From: Chiloscyllium plagiosum
Lineage: Eukaryota
NCBI RefSeq assembly: GCF_004010195.1
Contig: NC_057721.1
Span: forward strand, 44,845,768-44,909,767
Direction: 5' to 3'
Length of the DNA stretch: 64,000 bases
Part shown: one piece after another, positions 1 to 13,270 of the stretch
How the letters are laid out: the number at the start of each line of letters is the position of its first letter
Position numbering within the stretch: the stretch's first letter is position 1
Translations under genes and position numbers: made by a program
Notes under the pieces: generated by a model
What the model was told of the DNA's origin: nothing
Seen by the model: the letters and a program-made list of their open reading frames with translations, nothing else
Database searches by the model: none

Positions 1-376
1 ATGCCTTTCCTCATGGATTCACTCATGGTACCTGCCCGAAGCATACTGACATACACCTCCAGCAGGTCCTGGCCAATCAAGTCCCACAGAGCGGAATAGA
101 GCTCGACCAGTAAGCCGTCGCTTCCGGGAGTTTTATTCTTTTTAAAGGACTAGAGGGCCTTGGTCAGCTCATCCAGAGATAGCGGCTGGTCCAGCCTCTC
201 CCGTGTTCTGACGTCTAAGAGCTCCGTGATAGAGGACAGGAACGACTGGGAGGCCGCGCTGTCGGTCGGCTTCGCGTCATACAGACTGGCGTAGAAGGAT
301 TTACTGATCCTCATGACGTAGGCCTGAGATGACGTTACCGAGCCATCTTCTTCCTTCAGGCTGCTGAGCACACTCT
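1..376 (-). mobile_element. Tx1-clade LINE ORF2 fragment (runs off window start)
   Basis: SVLSSLKEEDGSVTSSQ...FYASLY...LDQPLSLDELTKAL is followed by a KTPGSDGL-type motif, typical of the L1/Tx1 ORF2 region before the RT domain. Confidence 0.8.
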
Positions 377-1379
377 TAACCAAAAGATGAACTTTTGAGT
401 TGATCACCTTTAATATTCAACTCTGTTTGCCTTGGTCAGGTTTGCTGGAGTCAGCCATTGTGCATCCCTCATTAGGTCAGGCTTATTGATGCAGTCAGGC
501 TTCACTCCCAACTCTGGAGGCGTTTCATAACGACAAACCTGACTGGGACTTCTCAGCAACATGGAGAGGCTCATCACTAAAGCTCTGAATTTTTGCTTTA
601 AGAAACATTTTAGTTCCAAATGAGTCAAGTAACTGAAAAGGTGTTAGTTTATTGGTGCTTAGGGAAAGCAGTACATCCTACTTGGTGCACACCTGATAGA
701 TAGTCAAATTTGTGACAACATTTAATTTCCATTTGGGCTCAGAGTGTTGTGACATGCTAATTAATGCAAAACATATACCGAACAGTGATGTTCAGGAAAG
801 CTTACCTCCCTGAAAAGAGCTGAGAATTTACTAGCAAGAATTCAACTTACTGTCAGGAATCTGAATCTTCACCTCCTGCCCAATTCGATTTCCCTGCCCT
901 GCCCTTTTGAGAGCTCTGGGCTCTGGATATTCTGTTATTAGCAAGTGAACAAAGAACTTTCTCAATTAATCTAATTAGTATTTTTCTCATGTCCAGATGT
1001 ATTGTCAGGAGAGGTGAGGGCTGAAACTTCAAAACAATTATAATTTAAGGGGCCAGGAATTTTAGTTCGAACTTGATGATGTATATGTATCTTGGGACTC
1101 AATGTACATATTGGGGAAAAAAAAATTGAAATAATTGAGGGTCCTGGCTGACAATTCACATTTTCGCTTTGTAAACCTCAGGTCAACCAAAACTCTGTTG
1201 TAAGTATCTTAGCTTGCACCAAGCACCATGTACCTGTCATTTCCAAATCCATTGATCTCGGTTAGCCCCTAATCAACTTTAAAAATTCTCATCCTCGCTT
1301 GTAAATCCTTTCATGACCTCAACTCTATCCATCTCTATAATCGTCCCCATTGCTAAAATATTCAGAGATTATTTTTTTT

Positions 1380-1705
1380 TTACAATCAGAATCCATATAG
1401 TGTGACGACAGGCCCTTCGGCCCAAATAGTCCACATCGAACCCCTGAAGAGTAACCCACCCAGACCCAGACCCATTCCCCTCCCCTATATTTACCCATGA
1501 CTAATGAACCTATACATCCCTGACCACTATGGGCAATTTAGCATGGCTAATTCACCTAACCTGCCCATCTTTGGATTGTGGGAGGAAATCCACACAGACA
1601 CTGGGAGAATGTACAAACTCCACACAGACAGTTACTCGAGGCTGGAATTGAACGCAGGTCCCTGGTGCTGTGAGACAGCAGTATTAACCACTGAGACACA
1701 GTACT
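1380..1705 (-). mobile_element. HE1-type V-SINE
   Basis: Same head, core and tail as the 28350-28658 copy, more diverged. Confidence 0.8.
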
Positions 1706-3229
1706 ACCCTTGCTGCTTTAATTCTGGCATCTTGAGTATCCATTATTTTTATTGACCTATCATTGGTGGCTCTTCCTCCATCAGCCATGCATTTATATTC
1801 TGGAAATTCCTTCCTAAACCTCCCCACCTCACTTTTATTAATTTATATATATAAGAGTTAGACAAATTATTGACTGACAAGGGAGTCAATGGTTATTGGG
1901 GCCAAACAGGGAAATTAGTTAAAGTCACATTAGGTTAGACATGCTCTTGTTTATTGGTAGAGAAGGCTTGAATGGCTTACCCCTAATTCCATTGCTTTTA
2001 TGTTTTAAAATCTTCTTATGTGGCTCAGTGTCAATTTGGGTCCTTAACACTCCTGTGAAACATCTTAGGACAATTTATTGAGTTAGAAGCGGCTTTATGA
2101 ATACAAGTTATTATTTTTTGAATTTGGGTTTGATTCTCTTGTGTGAAAGTATGGAACAGGTACTATCATTATATTGAGTGTTACGATTAGTCTGGAATAG
2201 CTAACTGTAAACTTTAAAGTTTTTACTCAAGGACAGAGGAATTGGTGATGGGAAGTAGATTTTGAAGTCAACTGAATTTGCTCTATCCATTCATGACTAA
2301 TGTTTCTGCCTCCTTGCTGTCTAGCAGCATTAATCTCTGGAACTACTTACAATGCCTCATATATCTGGGCCCAGAATTAGAATTGTCATTATTGTTAAGC
2401 TCGGTTTATATTCTTTACCTTACAGTGCTCTAGAATCTCAGAACTTAATTTAGTTCAAGACAGGGATTGATACATTTCCAGTCACTAATGGCATCAAGGA
2501 AAAATGGATGGTGTGACAATGTATCATTAAGGTAGATGATCAGTAGCTTGGTAGAGCAAGCTCAAGAGCTTGAATAGCCTACCTCTGGTCCTTTGTTGCT
2601 CCCTCTGTTGTTCTGCTTTGCAACACCTGAGACATCTACCAATAGCTCTTCCCTGACTGCAAAATTTGGAATGTGTACTGTAACATGTCACTAGTGTAAG
2701 AACTGTGTTTTTTTTATTTTTGTGTCTTTTAAAACTTCAAACTACAATGAGAGTGAACTTTAAAAGCAGGGAGTTACCAAGATGGCTGCATAATTTCACA
2801 GCAAAAAATTTGAATCTATTGTGATCTCTGTTTTTGTTTTGTGGCTGTGGGTTCCCGCAATGGACAGTCAAATAAGAGCTGATCAGCTCCTCATTTTGTT
2901 TAAAAGTGAACCTGATTGGTTGTTAGCTAACTGATCAGGTTGGAACTGGAAACAAGTTACAGTGACATCGACAGGGAGAGCAAGAAAGACACAGAAAGCT
3001 GTACAGTTGCTCTCCTCCAGCAGAAGCTGCCTGTTCTCTGTAATAACACGCAGTTTAAACTTGAAAAAGCAAGTTATCTTTCCTACAACTGTGGATACAA
3101 CGTAATAGCAGAAGATGGTTTACTGAAAATGAAGTTTGGAAAACAAAAAGGAAAAAGAAAATTAAACAGAAAATTACAATCTTCGTGATGTCATGAAAAA
3201 TGACAGAATATAAGTACAAATTATCTGGA

Positions 3230-4030
3230 TATGATCATCTTCCTTTTTTTCAGGTCATACAAAGAATGAAGTGGATATTGTGCTGCAAGGTGTATTACAT
3301 ATGTCATATTTGATATTTGGATTTTAAAATAGAGGTGGGTAGATATGGGTCAGTTCAGTGAAGGTTTTTATATATCAGTTCAGAAAGTCATTTGGAGGAG
3401 AGACGTAGATACATCAATTCCAAGAAAGTATGTGACTATAGTCATGTGACTGGGATAACCCTCTGGGATAATCCATTAAATTATCCATTTAATGGATAAA
3501 ATGTTTATGCTGTTGAGTTATTGAGTAAACATGTCAAGGTAAGTAGTTTGGTTGGGACGTCAGAACAAAATGCTCATGGGATAGAGTTTTCCAGGTATAA
3601 GAATGATATAGGTTATGGCTAGAAGGTTAGTTGGGAAAATCACATGAGATAATCCATCATGGAACTTCTCAATGGAGAGTATTCTGAGGGGACTTGACCA
3701 GGTGAATGTTGAAAGGATGTTTCCCCTTGTGGGAGAATCTCAAACCAGGCATCACAGTTTAATAAGCGACACCCATTTAAGACAGAGATGAAGAATATCG
3801 TTTTCTCTCAGAGTGTTGTGAGTCTTTAGAATTCCTTTCCTCAAAAGACAGTGGATGCAGAATGATTAAAGATTTTTAAGGCAGATAGATTCTTGATTAC
3901 TAAGGGGATGAAAGATTATTGTGGATATGCAGATATGTAGAGTTGAGCTTAAAATCAGATCAACTGTGATCTTATTGAATGGCAGAGCAGGCTTGCATGG
4001 CCAACTGTTCTATTCCTGTTCTGTGTTGGT
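3230..4030 (+). mobile_element. CR1 LINE fragments
   Basis: 3' end ggatgtttccccttgtgggagaatct...gagtgttgtgagtctttagaattc...gaatggcagagcaggcttg. Confidence 0.7.
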
Positions 4031-4607
4031 TTGCTTGTTTGAGAACAGAAAGTCTAATTTTCTAGTGAATGCTGAATGGGGAGATGAAATTCTCACGAGG
4101 GAGTGGCAATAAGCCCATTGTATGCATTGATGTGCACTAACATCTCATTATTGCCTAAGCTCACCCTCTTATTGTGGGTGGTTTCCCATCTTGATGGTGC
4201 CAATTCATGACATGAAAGTTAGAACAGTTACATGGACACTCCAGCTCTTGCATAACTGCTCCATGAGTCCTTATAAGATGATTGTCAATGCCGTGAATTA
4301 TGCCGGCATGCCATCAAGTGCTGGAAATCACAGCCACACACAGATTTTGGAATTCATGCAGAAGTAAACAAATTTGCAGGAGTGCTAGGCGCAAGCAGAA
4401 ATCAGTCAAGGGGTTGCTAGATGTCATCATGCTACATTTATCTCACACCTGGACCATGTGCCAGCAACATTCACTACAAACACACACAATGTACATGAAC
4501 CATTTGATAGTCTCTGGTGGATGTAGATTGCTATTGAAGATGTGCCATATAACTGCTGTCATTTCTTACTTTGTATATGATTTCAAGGTGGCCCACATAA
4601 ACCAGAA

Positions 4608-4868
4608 TGGCACAGTGTCTCAGTGGTTAGCACTGCTGTATCACAGTGCCAGGAACTTGGGTTTGACTCCACCCTTGGGTGACTGTCAATGTAAAATTTC
4701 CTCCAGGTGCTCTGGTTTCCTCCCAAAGTCCAAAGATATGCAGGTTAGGTGAATTAGCCATGGGAATTGTAGGGATAGGGTGAGTGGACTGCTCTTCAGA
4801 GGGTCGGTCTGGACTCAATGGGCCAAATTGCCTGCTTCTGCAGAGTAGGGATTGTATAATTCGATGAT
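4608..4868 (+). mobile_element. HE1-type V-SINE (internally deleted)
   Basis: tggcacagtgtctcagtggttagcactgctg...ctggtttcctcccaaagtccaaagatatgcaggttagg. Confidence 0.8.
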
Positions 4869-5035
4869 TCACTTAAAACAATTAGAAGTTCTGTTTTTAA
4901 AATTACGAACAATTGATTTGGTGATAAAACTTGCTCAAGATAAATTTGGAAAAGTGTGGTTACCTCCCCAGGACATATAATAGGACGAAGGCAAGTGCTG
5001 TCAAGAACAGCAGAAGTATTGACTTTGAAAGGGTT

Positions 5036-5238
5036 GATTAGATTAGATTACTTACAGTGTGGAAACAGGCCCTTCGGCCCAACAAGTCCACACAGACCCA
5101 CCGAAGTGCAACCCACCCAGACCCATTCCCTTACATTTACCCCTTCACCTAACACTACGGGCAATTTAGGATGGCCAATTTACCTAACCTGCACATTTTT
5201 GGATTGTGGGAGGAAACCGGAGCACCCGGAGGAAATCC
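5036..5238 (-). mobile_element. HE1-type V-SINE, 3' half
   Basis: Plus strand shows a (GATTA)n tail followed by the reverse complement of the SINE 3' region and core. Confidence 0.85.
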
Positions 5239-5893
5239 ATAAAACTAAATGAGAAATGGTAAGATTTGTGGGAATGTGTGGTTTCTATTGCAGGTTTGTA
5301 GCAGACCTCAGCAAAATAGCAGCTCTTCGGAATGATTTGCTACAAAAGAATACAAGGTAGTGTGGTCAAAGGAGTGTCAAATAGCTCTTGAGAGTCTAAA
5401 GGTAATTATGATCAATGAATCCATGTAGGCAACCCCTAATTTCATGACACGTCAAGGTAGCAATTGATGCTATGACTTAAAGTAGGTGCAGTTCTGTTAC
5501 AATAAATTGAGTCAAACATAGAGAAGCTAGTGGGATGCTTTTCTAAAAAGCTAAATCAACACTAAAAAAGATACCTGCCAGTGTGTAATGACCAGATATA
5601 AAGGGACGATCAACTTCTCTCTTTATAAGCTCCCTCTTGGTCATTTGCACCAAATATTTTGTATTATAACATCTCCAAGCATGTTGATTAAAATAACTGA
5701 TGAAAATTAGTGTCTTGTCTTTTCTAAACCGCATCCCCTGACACACACACGCACACACGTACTCAAACAATAGTCAAGATTCAGAACTCTGGTGGATATA
5801 GATTTCTATTAGAGATGCACCTCTGTTATTTCTTAATGGATTTCAAGGTGGTCCACAAAAACTAGATAGAAACAGCTTCTCACAACTGGCTCC

Positions 5894-5929
5894 ATTCCTG
5901 ATGAAGGGCTTTTGCCCGAAACGTCGATT
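5894..5929 (+). ncRNA. Minimal type I hammerhead ribozyme motif in a short Penelope-derived insertion
   Basis: attc-CTGATGA-A-GGGC-TTTT-GCCC-GAAA-C-GTC-gatt: intact core, 4-bp stem II, palindromic ACGT stem III and a GUC site. The insert is flanked by the direct repeat CTCCATTC (5890-5897, 5992-5999). Confidence 0.75.
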
Positions 5930-7423
5930 TTCCTGCTCCTCAGATACTGCTTGAGCAGCTGTGCTTTTCCAGCACCTCTATAATCTTGACTCTCCATTCA
6001 AAATCTATTGAAGTCGTGAAACCGACATCCAGAACCTCAACCTGAGTGTGAAAATCCTGTACTGTGTAGCCTGATAAGGGTCACATATTGCCAAACAACC
6101 TTTCTGGCACTGAAAATGAATTTGTGTAGACTCTCAATCTCACAGATATTAATTGTTACTAGAGATTTTTTAAACTAAGTTTTACTCTCTTTCTCTCGAC
6201 GACTTTATTTCTCCAGCTTTTAAAAGATCCTTTTTTTCTCTTTATTTCATTTTTTTAATCTAATATGACATTAGCTTTACCATTCTAACTTTGCTAATTT
6301 ACATTTCTTTGTGAAAGATATTGTGCTGTTCATTGACAATAATTCAATCTGATGATTTAAAAAGACACACAAGGCTGAATCTTATGGGCTTTGTTTGATT
6401 AAATATCGGCTAGGTCAAGATTTTTGGAAGGCTTTTTTTGCTGTGAGGCCCAACGAGATCTCTCACCAAACCCAAACACTCCCTTGCACATATAACCCCA
6501 TTTTCTCACCTTATTCTCCATTTAATCACAAGCTCACACTGTTCACCTCTCCTCACTCATATCCCAGCTAAACACTGACTCAACATCATCATTATTCTGT
6601 CACCATTGCCCATTGGATACCTGAAGTTTGTCTTTGTCCAATGGAGGAACATCACTCGCAGGCAACCAATCAGACAATTCCAAATATAATTTTTGATTTA
6701 CAGCTCATAAAAGAAAACACAAACAACAAAAAGAAAATAAAGGTTGCCCATTATACCCACAATACAAACTGGTTGCTGGCATTATGACCAATAACCACAG
6801 TTAACATTCTGTGTTGGTCTACTGCACCCAGCTCTCATCTACTGGAAGCTGGTGGTAATCAGTCCTGACACAGCTGAACTCTCATGCACAGGAAAGCTTC
6901 CTCCTCTCCATTATCTGTTTCCACTCCTCGGGGAAGGCTGTTCCAGTTCTCCCAAGTCCTCAGTATTTGGCAAATCACCTCATTGTCTGCTCCAATTGTG
7001 CAATGCAGAGCAGAACATGATGATGTGTCACCCTGTGTTTGGGCCGTACCACTCAACACTCTCAGATCAGTTCAAGCAATGGAACTGGATCTTCAGAATC
7101 CCTCTTGTCTGCTCCACATGGTTCTTGTCGCAGAAAATGCATCAACTTGATGGAGGTAAGTGGTCAACATATTACATCAAAAAAGGAAGGCCTGCTGTAC
7201 TTTGATTCCTTTCCCATCCCATAATCACATTAATCATTCAACTTACCATTAAATTCAGTAGAACCCTTACATGACATAGGATCAAGCAATGTTCCCAACC
7301 TCCCACAGCACCCTTGGAAGGTTCACAAGTGACGAGATGCTTTTAGCCTGCATGTATTTAAGTCATTGCCACTAATCGCTGCATTACTACGATGTCAGTG
7401 TTAGGTTTGTGATCACCAGCAGT

Positions 7424-7634
7424 GTGTACAAAATTAAAAATCACACAACACCAGGTTATAGTCCAACAGGTTTATTTTGAAGCACTAGCTTTTGGAGTAC
7501 TGCTCCATAACCACCTGATGAAGGAGCAGCGCTCTGAAAGCTAGTGCTTCCAATTAAACCTGTTGGTCTATAACCTGATGTTGTGTGATTTTTAACTTTG
7601 TACACCCTAGTCCAACAGCAGCACTTCCAAATCG
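7424..7634. mobile_element. Palindromic short Penelope-derived element
   Basis: Imperfect inverted arms of about 75 bp (from 7424 and to 7605) around the hammerhead. A decayed relative lies near 25445-25530. Confidence 0.7.
7512..7546 (+). ncRNA. Minimal hammerhead ribozyme motif (second family)
   Basis: cac-CTGATGA-A-GGAGC-AGC-GCTCT-GAAA-GC-TA-gtg: stem I CAC/GTG, 5-bp stem II, palindromic AGCT stem III and a CUA site. Confidence 0.7.
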
Positions 7635-9384
7635 TGACCAACAGTATGGTTCTTATTGCCTTTAGTCAGCACTTGTGCCTCCCCCACCCCAAAGCATGTT
7701 TAGTCCTGTGCATTGTAAATGAGCAAACAAATGATTGGAAATTAAATGGATCTGAAGTTTGAAAAATTCATGTATTTGATCCTTCAAGAAGATGTGGATC
7801 TCATACTTTTTCTCTTCAAAGTGACACTGGCTCCACTCACCATGGCTGCTGTACTGAGTATTTTTCCGTTATATTAGCACCTAACGAATGTCAAATGATG
7901 GCAAGAGTGTAGCTCACCATGGACACCGTCAGCACTGAGCTCAACCTGTTTTCCAGGTACCTCCCCACAATCAAACTCTCCCAGGCCTCTCAGACCCTTC
8001 ATGCTCCCTTTTACACTGCACTACCCTAGCAGCCCATTTCCACCCACTCTACCCACATCCCCGGCCAAGTCTCCAGTATGTGGAGATCCATTATAATGAA
8101 CTTTGTTTCAACTATCCTCGCTGCTCCATGAGCTCTGTCACTACCACCACCCCCAGTCCACTCCTCCATCCTGAGGAGTGTACAGTGATCACAACAAAAA
8201 ACACCACCTCTCACAGCCCACCATGCTCTCTGATGCTGCTCCATATAATTCTCATAACACTTTGAGATTCTTACCTCCCCCTCCTGCATGCCTCTCATTT
8301 CATTCACCTTTCCAACCTTCACTGCCCTGTTTTTAGCACTGATACCTCCCTTTGCCCTACAGCACTCAGCAATTAATACACTGACCCCCAGGATCGTACT
8401 CAATTCAGACCTCTGACTGATTTCAAGGAGCAGCCCCTAGACATTACTACTCAGGCCCCTGAATGGTGTCTTTGCAATTCGCCTGTTAATGGTACACAAT
8501 TCTCCTCACTGCTTGTGACAGTCCTACAGTAGGATTGTTGCCCAGTCCCCTGGACTGCAGTTCATCTTATCTGACAGGGACTGGCTCAAGTGGACAACTA
8601 ACCATGGCTAAACACTGGACGATGCGCTGACTGTGCCAGCGACTGATGGTACGGGGACCATTTGACTAATGGTGCCATACTAATTGACTGGACTGAGGAC
8701 AAGCCTGTGACCAATTTCTGGTGTGGCTATTTGGTTGAATAAATAGGCAGTTCTTTGCTGAGCAAGAAGCTGGCACATGCTCTAGGTTTCCCTGACAATC
8801 CCCCCTACCCCACCACCTCCCCCAGACAGGTCCTGACTGACGAGCATGGCAAGCAGCCTGTTGATGTGACTGTTCACATCTGCATATCAATATGGCAGTA
8901 CTGATATCATGCAGGGTCTGGCTGAAGCATCGACAAACTAACAGGCCAGTCAAGGCAAGATAAGGCTGCTGTGAATATGCAGGCAGGCAATAAGTGGGTG
9001 AGCACTAAATAAGCAAGTGAGCAGCTCTGAGAAGCAGCCTGGTCTGGTCTGTCAGCTGGGTGCCTGTCCCTGCACAGAAAATGTCCACGCAGCAAGTTTG
9101 CAAAACAAGATGCTGGTGCACCCTTCGGTGCAAGTCTGTGCTTTCTAAGCAGAATGAGAGTGGATCAGAGAGCTGCCATGACAATTCTGAGGCATTGGCA
9201 AATATCAGATGCCAATGTACATGTCAGTGGTGCCCAGGATCATGCCCTGAGACAATATTTCTTGCTGAGCAGTCAGTGGCAGGCTGAAGTTACCGAGTAG
9301 CTATGCCGACTTCCATTTTGAAAATTCAAGATGTCTAGTTTGTTCAGCCTTTTTGATAAGATAGGTAGCTGCAAATTAATCAGA

Positions 9385-10440
9385 GAGTCATACAGTCATA
9401 CAGCACAGAGTCAGACCCTTTGCTCCAATCTGTCCACGTTGATCATAATCCCAAACTAAACTAGTCCCACCAGTCTGTGCTTGGCCCATTTCCCATCAAC
9501 ATTTATTAATCATGTACTTATCCAAATGTCTTTTAAATGTTGTAACTATACCTGCATCCACTGCTTCCTCTGGAAGTTCATTCCACACATGAACTCCTCT
9601 CTGTGAAAAAATATTGCCCCTCATGTCTTTTTAAAATCTATCTCCTCTTACGCTCTGGTCTTGAAATCCCCATTCTGACAGAAAATACATTTGCCATTCA
9701 CTTTATCTATATCCCTGATGATTTTATAAATCTCCATAAGGTCACACCTCAATCTCCTACATTCTAGTGAAAAATGTCCCAGCCTATCCAATCCCTCCTT
9801 CTAAGTTAAACCCTCCATTCCTGGCAACATCCTGGTAAACCTCTTCTGAATCCTCACCAACTTAGTAGTTTCCTTTCTATAGCATGATGACCAGACTGGA
9901 CACAGTAGTCCAGAAGAGGGTTCAGAAATGTCTTGTACAATTTTAAAATAGCATCCCAACTCCTATACTCAAAGGTCTGAGTGATGAAGGCAAGCATACT
10001 AAATGCCTTCTTAACCACCCTGTCTATATGTGATACATACTTCATTAGGTTATGATCTGAAATTGTAGGTCTCTCTGTTCTACAACACTACCAAAGGCCC
10101 GACTTTTAATAGTATATGTACCGCCCTTGTTTCTTTCATCAAAATGCAATACCTCTCATCTATCCAAATTAAACTTCATCTGTCACTCTTTAGCCCACTG
10201 ACGCCATTGATCAAAATCTCTTTGTAATCTTAGATAATCTTCTTCTGTACCCGTTACACCATCAATTTTGGTATCACCTGCAAATTTACTAATCATGCCT
10301 TCTGAATTCTCATCCAAATTATTTATATAAATGGCAAACAAAAGTGGACCCAGCATATATCCCCATTGAACACTGCTGGTCACAGGCCTCCAGTCTGAAA
10401 AACAACTCTCCATCAATACACTCTGTCTCCTGCCTTTAAG
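9385..10440 (-). mobile_element. CR1 LINE 3' portion
   Basis: SDWRPVTSSVQWGYMLGPLLFAIYINNLD...ISKFAGDTK and LKLYKTFLNPLLDYCVQ. Confidence 0.88.
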
Positions 10441-11455
10441 ACATTTTTTTTAATGAAGCGGGTTGTGTGATTAATAAATTATTTAACATGTGATAATCTC
10501 CCCAATAGACATCTCACTGCTGCAGAGCAATAAACTTGTCTCAATACCTAACATCATAGATGCAGTGAGTTATTCCCAATGTCAAGATCGGCCTCAATGT
10601 GTTTCTCATGTGATCCTGCCACAAATCTCGCCACAGGCCACATTGTTCAAGACCCTAAAAGATTCCAGCACAGTTGCTTTCCTTGTTCATAAAGGTTACA
10701 AATGACCTGTAGAGAGCATGTTTTAGATCTCTAACTTACATCAACATCTCATGCGAAAGACCAGTGCAGTTTTATCAAGTTGCTAAGTTCATGAGCTTAC
10801 CATCTATAGTTAATATAAAAATGAGTTGTTGTATATCAATAAAAATAAATGCATGAATGGAAATGGGGTAAAGGTTGGTGATTAGAAAAATTGAGGGGTT
10901 GAAAGGTTTAGGTTGACAAAACATTAAAAGCAACCTTGAGTGCATAAGTGCAAAGCTAATGGATTCTTGCCAGAAAACAGTAAGCATAGATTATAAAATA
11001 TAATGCTGAAGCTCTCTATGAAATTATAGAAAGGCCACAACTGGCATGCTCTGTTGTTCTATACGTACAAACATAAAAGACAAGCAAGGATGGATAAAAA
11101 CTCTTGGCCTGACCATACGTAACAAACAAATAATTTTGGAATTTGTTTTCAAAAAATATGCAATTGCAATCAACTAAAAGAACACAGAATAATACAGTTT
11201 ACTGTATTATATCAAAATATTAGGAAACTGTACTCATTAATGGAAAAAACAAATCTAGCAATCATCACAATATACCTAAACCACTTAAATGATTAAAATT
11301 TCAGTTTAAAAAAACAATTAGTGTTAACGTCCAACTTGAGACACTGGAACCACTCTAAAGTTATATTTATTTAAGCATTTGCAGTTGCAAAACCATTCTT
11401 TGCCCAAATCACATATTTGAAAGTTGCTGGCAAGGTCAGCACTTTGTTGGCATCC

Positions 11456-11765
11456 TTAACTGCCTTTGAGAAAGCGAATGATATGAAATGATATGAAACG
11501 TTTATTTCTTAAAGACGCACATGTGGTTCCTTTGTAGTTAGCAGTTTGCCTTATGTTTGATGTGGGGCAAATGCTGGCAGTTGAGTAATCCCTGTAGAAT
11601 CGATTATTTTTATCTTTGACCTTTACAACAGTAGATTCTGTTGTCTGGTCCTGCTCTGGTCTTTTCAATTCCTGTTTTTTTTTCCTCTTTGGAAGAGTTT
11701 TGACATGAACAGATGCATAATGAAGAGTTTCACTGCTGAGAGAAATATTATTCTGCAACATATGT
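11456..11765 (-). pseudogene. Putative terminal cytoplasmic exon with an ITIM
   Basis: Strong acceptor tcttatttctctttctcag|, phase 2. Open frame HMLQNNISLSSETLHYASVHVKTLPKRKKKQELKRPEQDQ... LHYASV (11708-11725) matches the ITIM consensus [ILVS]xYxx[LV]. Confidence 0.6.
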
Positions 11766-12479
11766 CTGAGAAAGAGAAATAAGAACACAAGATTAATTAA
11801 AAATAAGTTAATTGGAATTTTAGGTTTGATATTAATTTAGCATGAATCTTGTTTTCCTGTTGTACAATGCAAAGCAACATAGAAATATTAATATTCCAAC
11901 ACATACAGCAAACATCTAAAAACAAGCAAATCAACTGTACATTTCTGACTTTCATGTTTTGACAATAGCCTCTTAAAAATTCTGTCTGTTCTACACTTCA
12001 CTGAAACTATTGGTTGGCATTCAATCAGCCCTCTCCACCATCTCTGGTTCAATTCCCAGGACCCAGCACTGGTAACAAATACAATCCTGCTGGTCCTTAA
12101 TTGCACCTTCATGTTTGTATTGGACAATCAATATCATGTCGCTTAATGACTCATTAAGAACTGTCCACACCTTTGAAAAGGAAAGCTTGTGTTTAAGGAA
12201 TTGTGGGATGCTCTTATGTGGTGCCCAGCTCACTGGATTTCCTACTGTTGCAAGCAGCTTCCTCCTTCTTCTGACTTGAAATGTTAACTCTGTTTCTGTC
12301 TCCACAGACGCTGCCAGACCTACTCAGTTCCTCTCGCGCTGCATTATAATCAATCAGACTTCCAACTAATAAGCAGAACACCAGCTTGCCAAACATAAAC
12401 TGGAGACAAAATTTACCTCATTTATAATCTCTTGCAACTAATTTAGTGTTGGATACTGGATAAAGCATCATCCCATGGT

Positions 12480-13270
12480 ATCATAGAGGTGTACAGCACA
12501 GAAACAAACCCTTCAGTCAAACTCGACCATGCCAACCAGATATCAGAAATTAATCTAGTCCCATTTGCCAGCACTTGGCCCATATCCCTGCAAACCCTTC
12601 TTATTTATATACTCATTCAGATGTCTTGTAAATGTTGTAACTGTACCAGCCTCCACCACTTCCTCTGGCAGTTGATTCCACACACGCACCATGCTCTGCA
12701 TGAAAATGTTGCCCCTTGGGTCCCTTTGAAATCTTTCCTTTCTTACCTTAAACCTAACACCCTCTAGTTTTAGAATCCCCTACCCTGGGAAAGAAAGACC
12801 TGGACTATTCACCTTATCCATGCCCCTAATGATTTTGTAAACTTCTCTAATGTCACCCCTCAGCCTCTGATGCCCCAACATATTCAATCTCTCCCTACAG
12901 CTCAAACCCTCTAATCCTGGCAACATCTTTGTAAATCTTTTCTAAACCCTTTCAAACTCTTTCCTACAGCAGGGAGAACAGATTTGAATGCAGTATTCCA
13001 AAAGTGGCTTAACCAATGTCCTGTACAGCCACAACATATCCTCCTCAATTCCTACACTCAATGCACTGACCAATAAAGGTAAGTGTACCCAAATGCCTTC
13101 TTCACTACCCTGTCTACTTGCAACTCCACTTTCACTTCCAAGGTCTCTTTATTTGGCAACAGTCTCCAGGACTTTACTATTAATAATGTAAATTTGCCCT
13201 AATGAAATGCAGAACCTCAAATTTATCTACCTTAAACTCCATCTGCCAGACCTCAGCCCATGTTCAATCA
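12480..13270 (-). mobile_element. CR1 LINE 3' portion
   Basis: Homologous to 9385-10440. Confidence 0.85.

Larger units (their letters stand above)
2695..6380 (+). mobile_element. Fragmented Gypsy relic with nested CR1/SINE insertions
   Basis: 5270-5720 encodes VVWSKECQ...LESLK and VAIDA...VGAVLLQ (RT connection/RNase H). LTR-like sequence at both ends. Confidence 0.5.
6372..9340 (-). mobile_element. PIF/Harbinger DNA transposon relic
   Basis: The minus strand at 6990-7330 gives decayed Harbinger DDE C-terminal motifs (HIIMFCSALHNW). No intact ORF and the termini are unclear. Confidence 0.5.

Noticed and set aside
851-932. Possible minus-strand exon (taacag|...|gtaagt)
   Set aside because: No recognisable protein; two of three frames are closed and the sequence looks repeat-derived.
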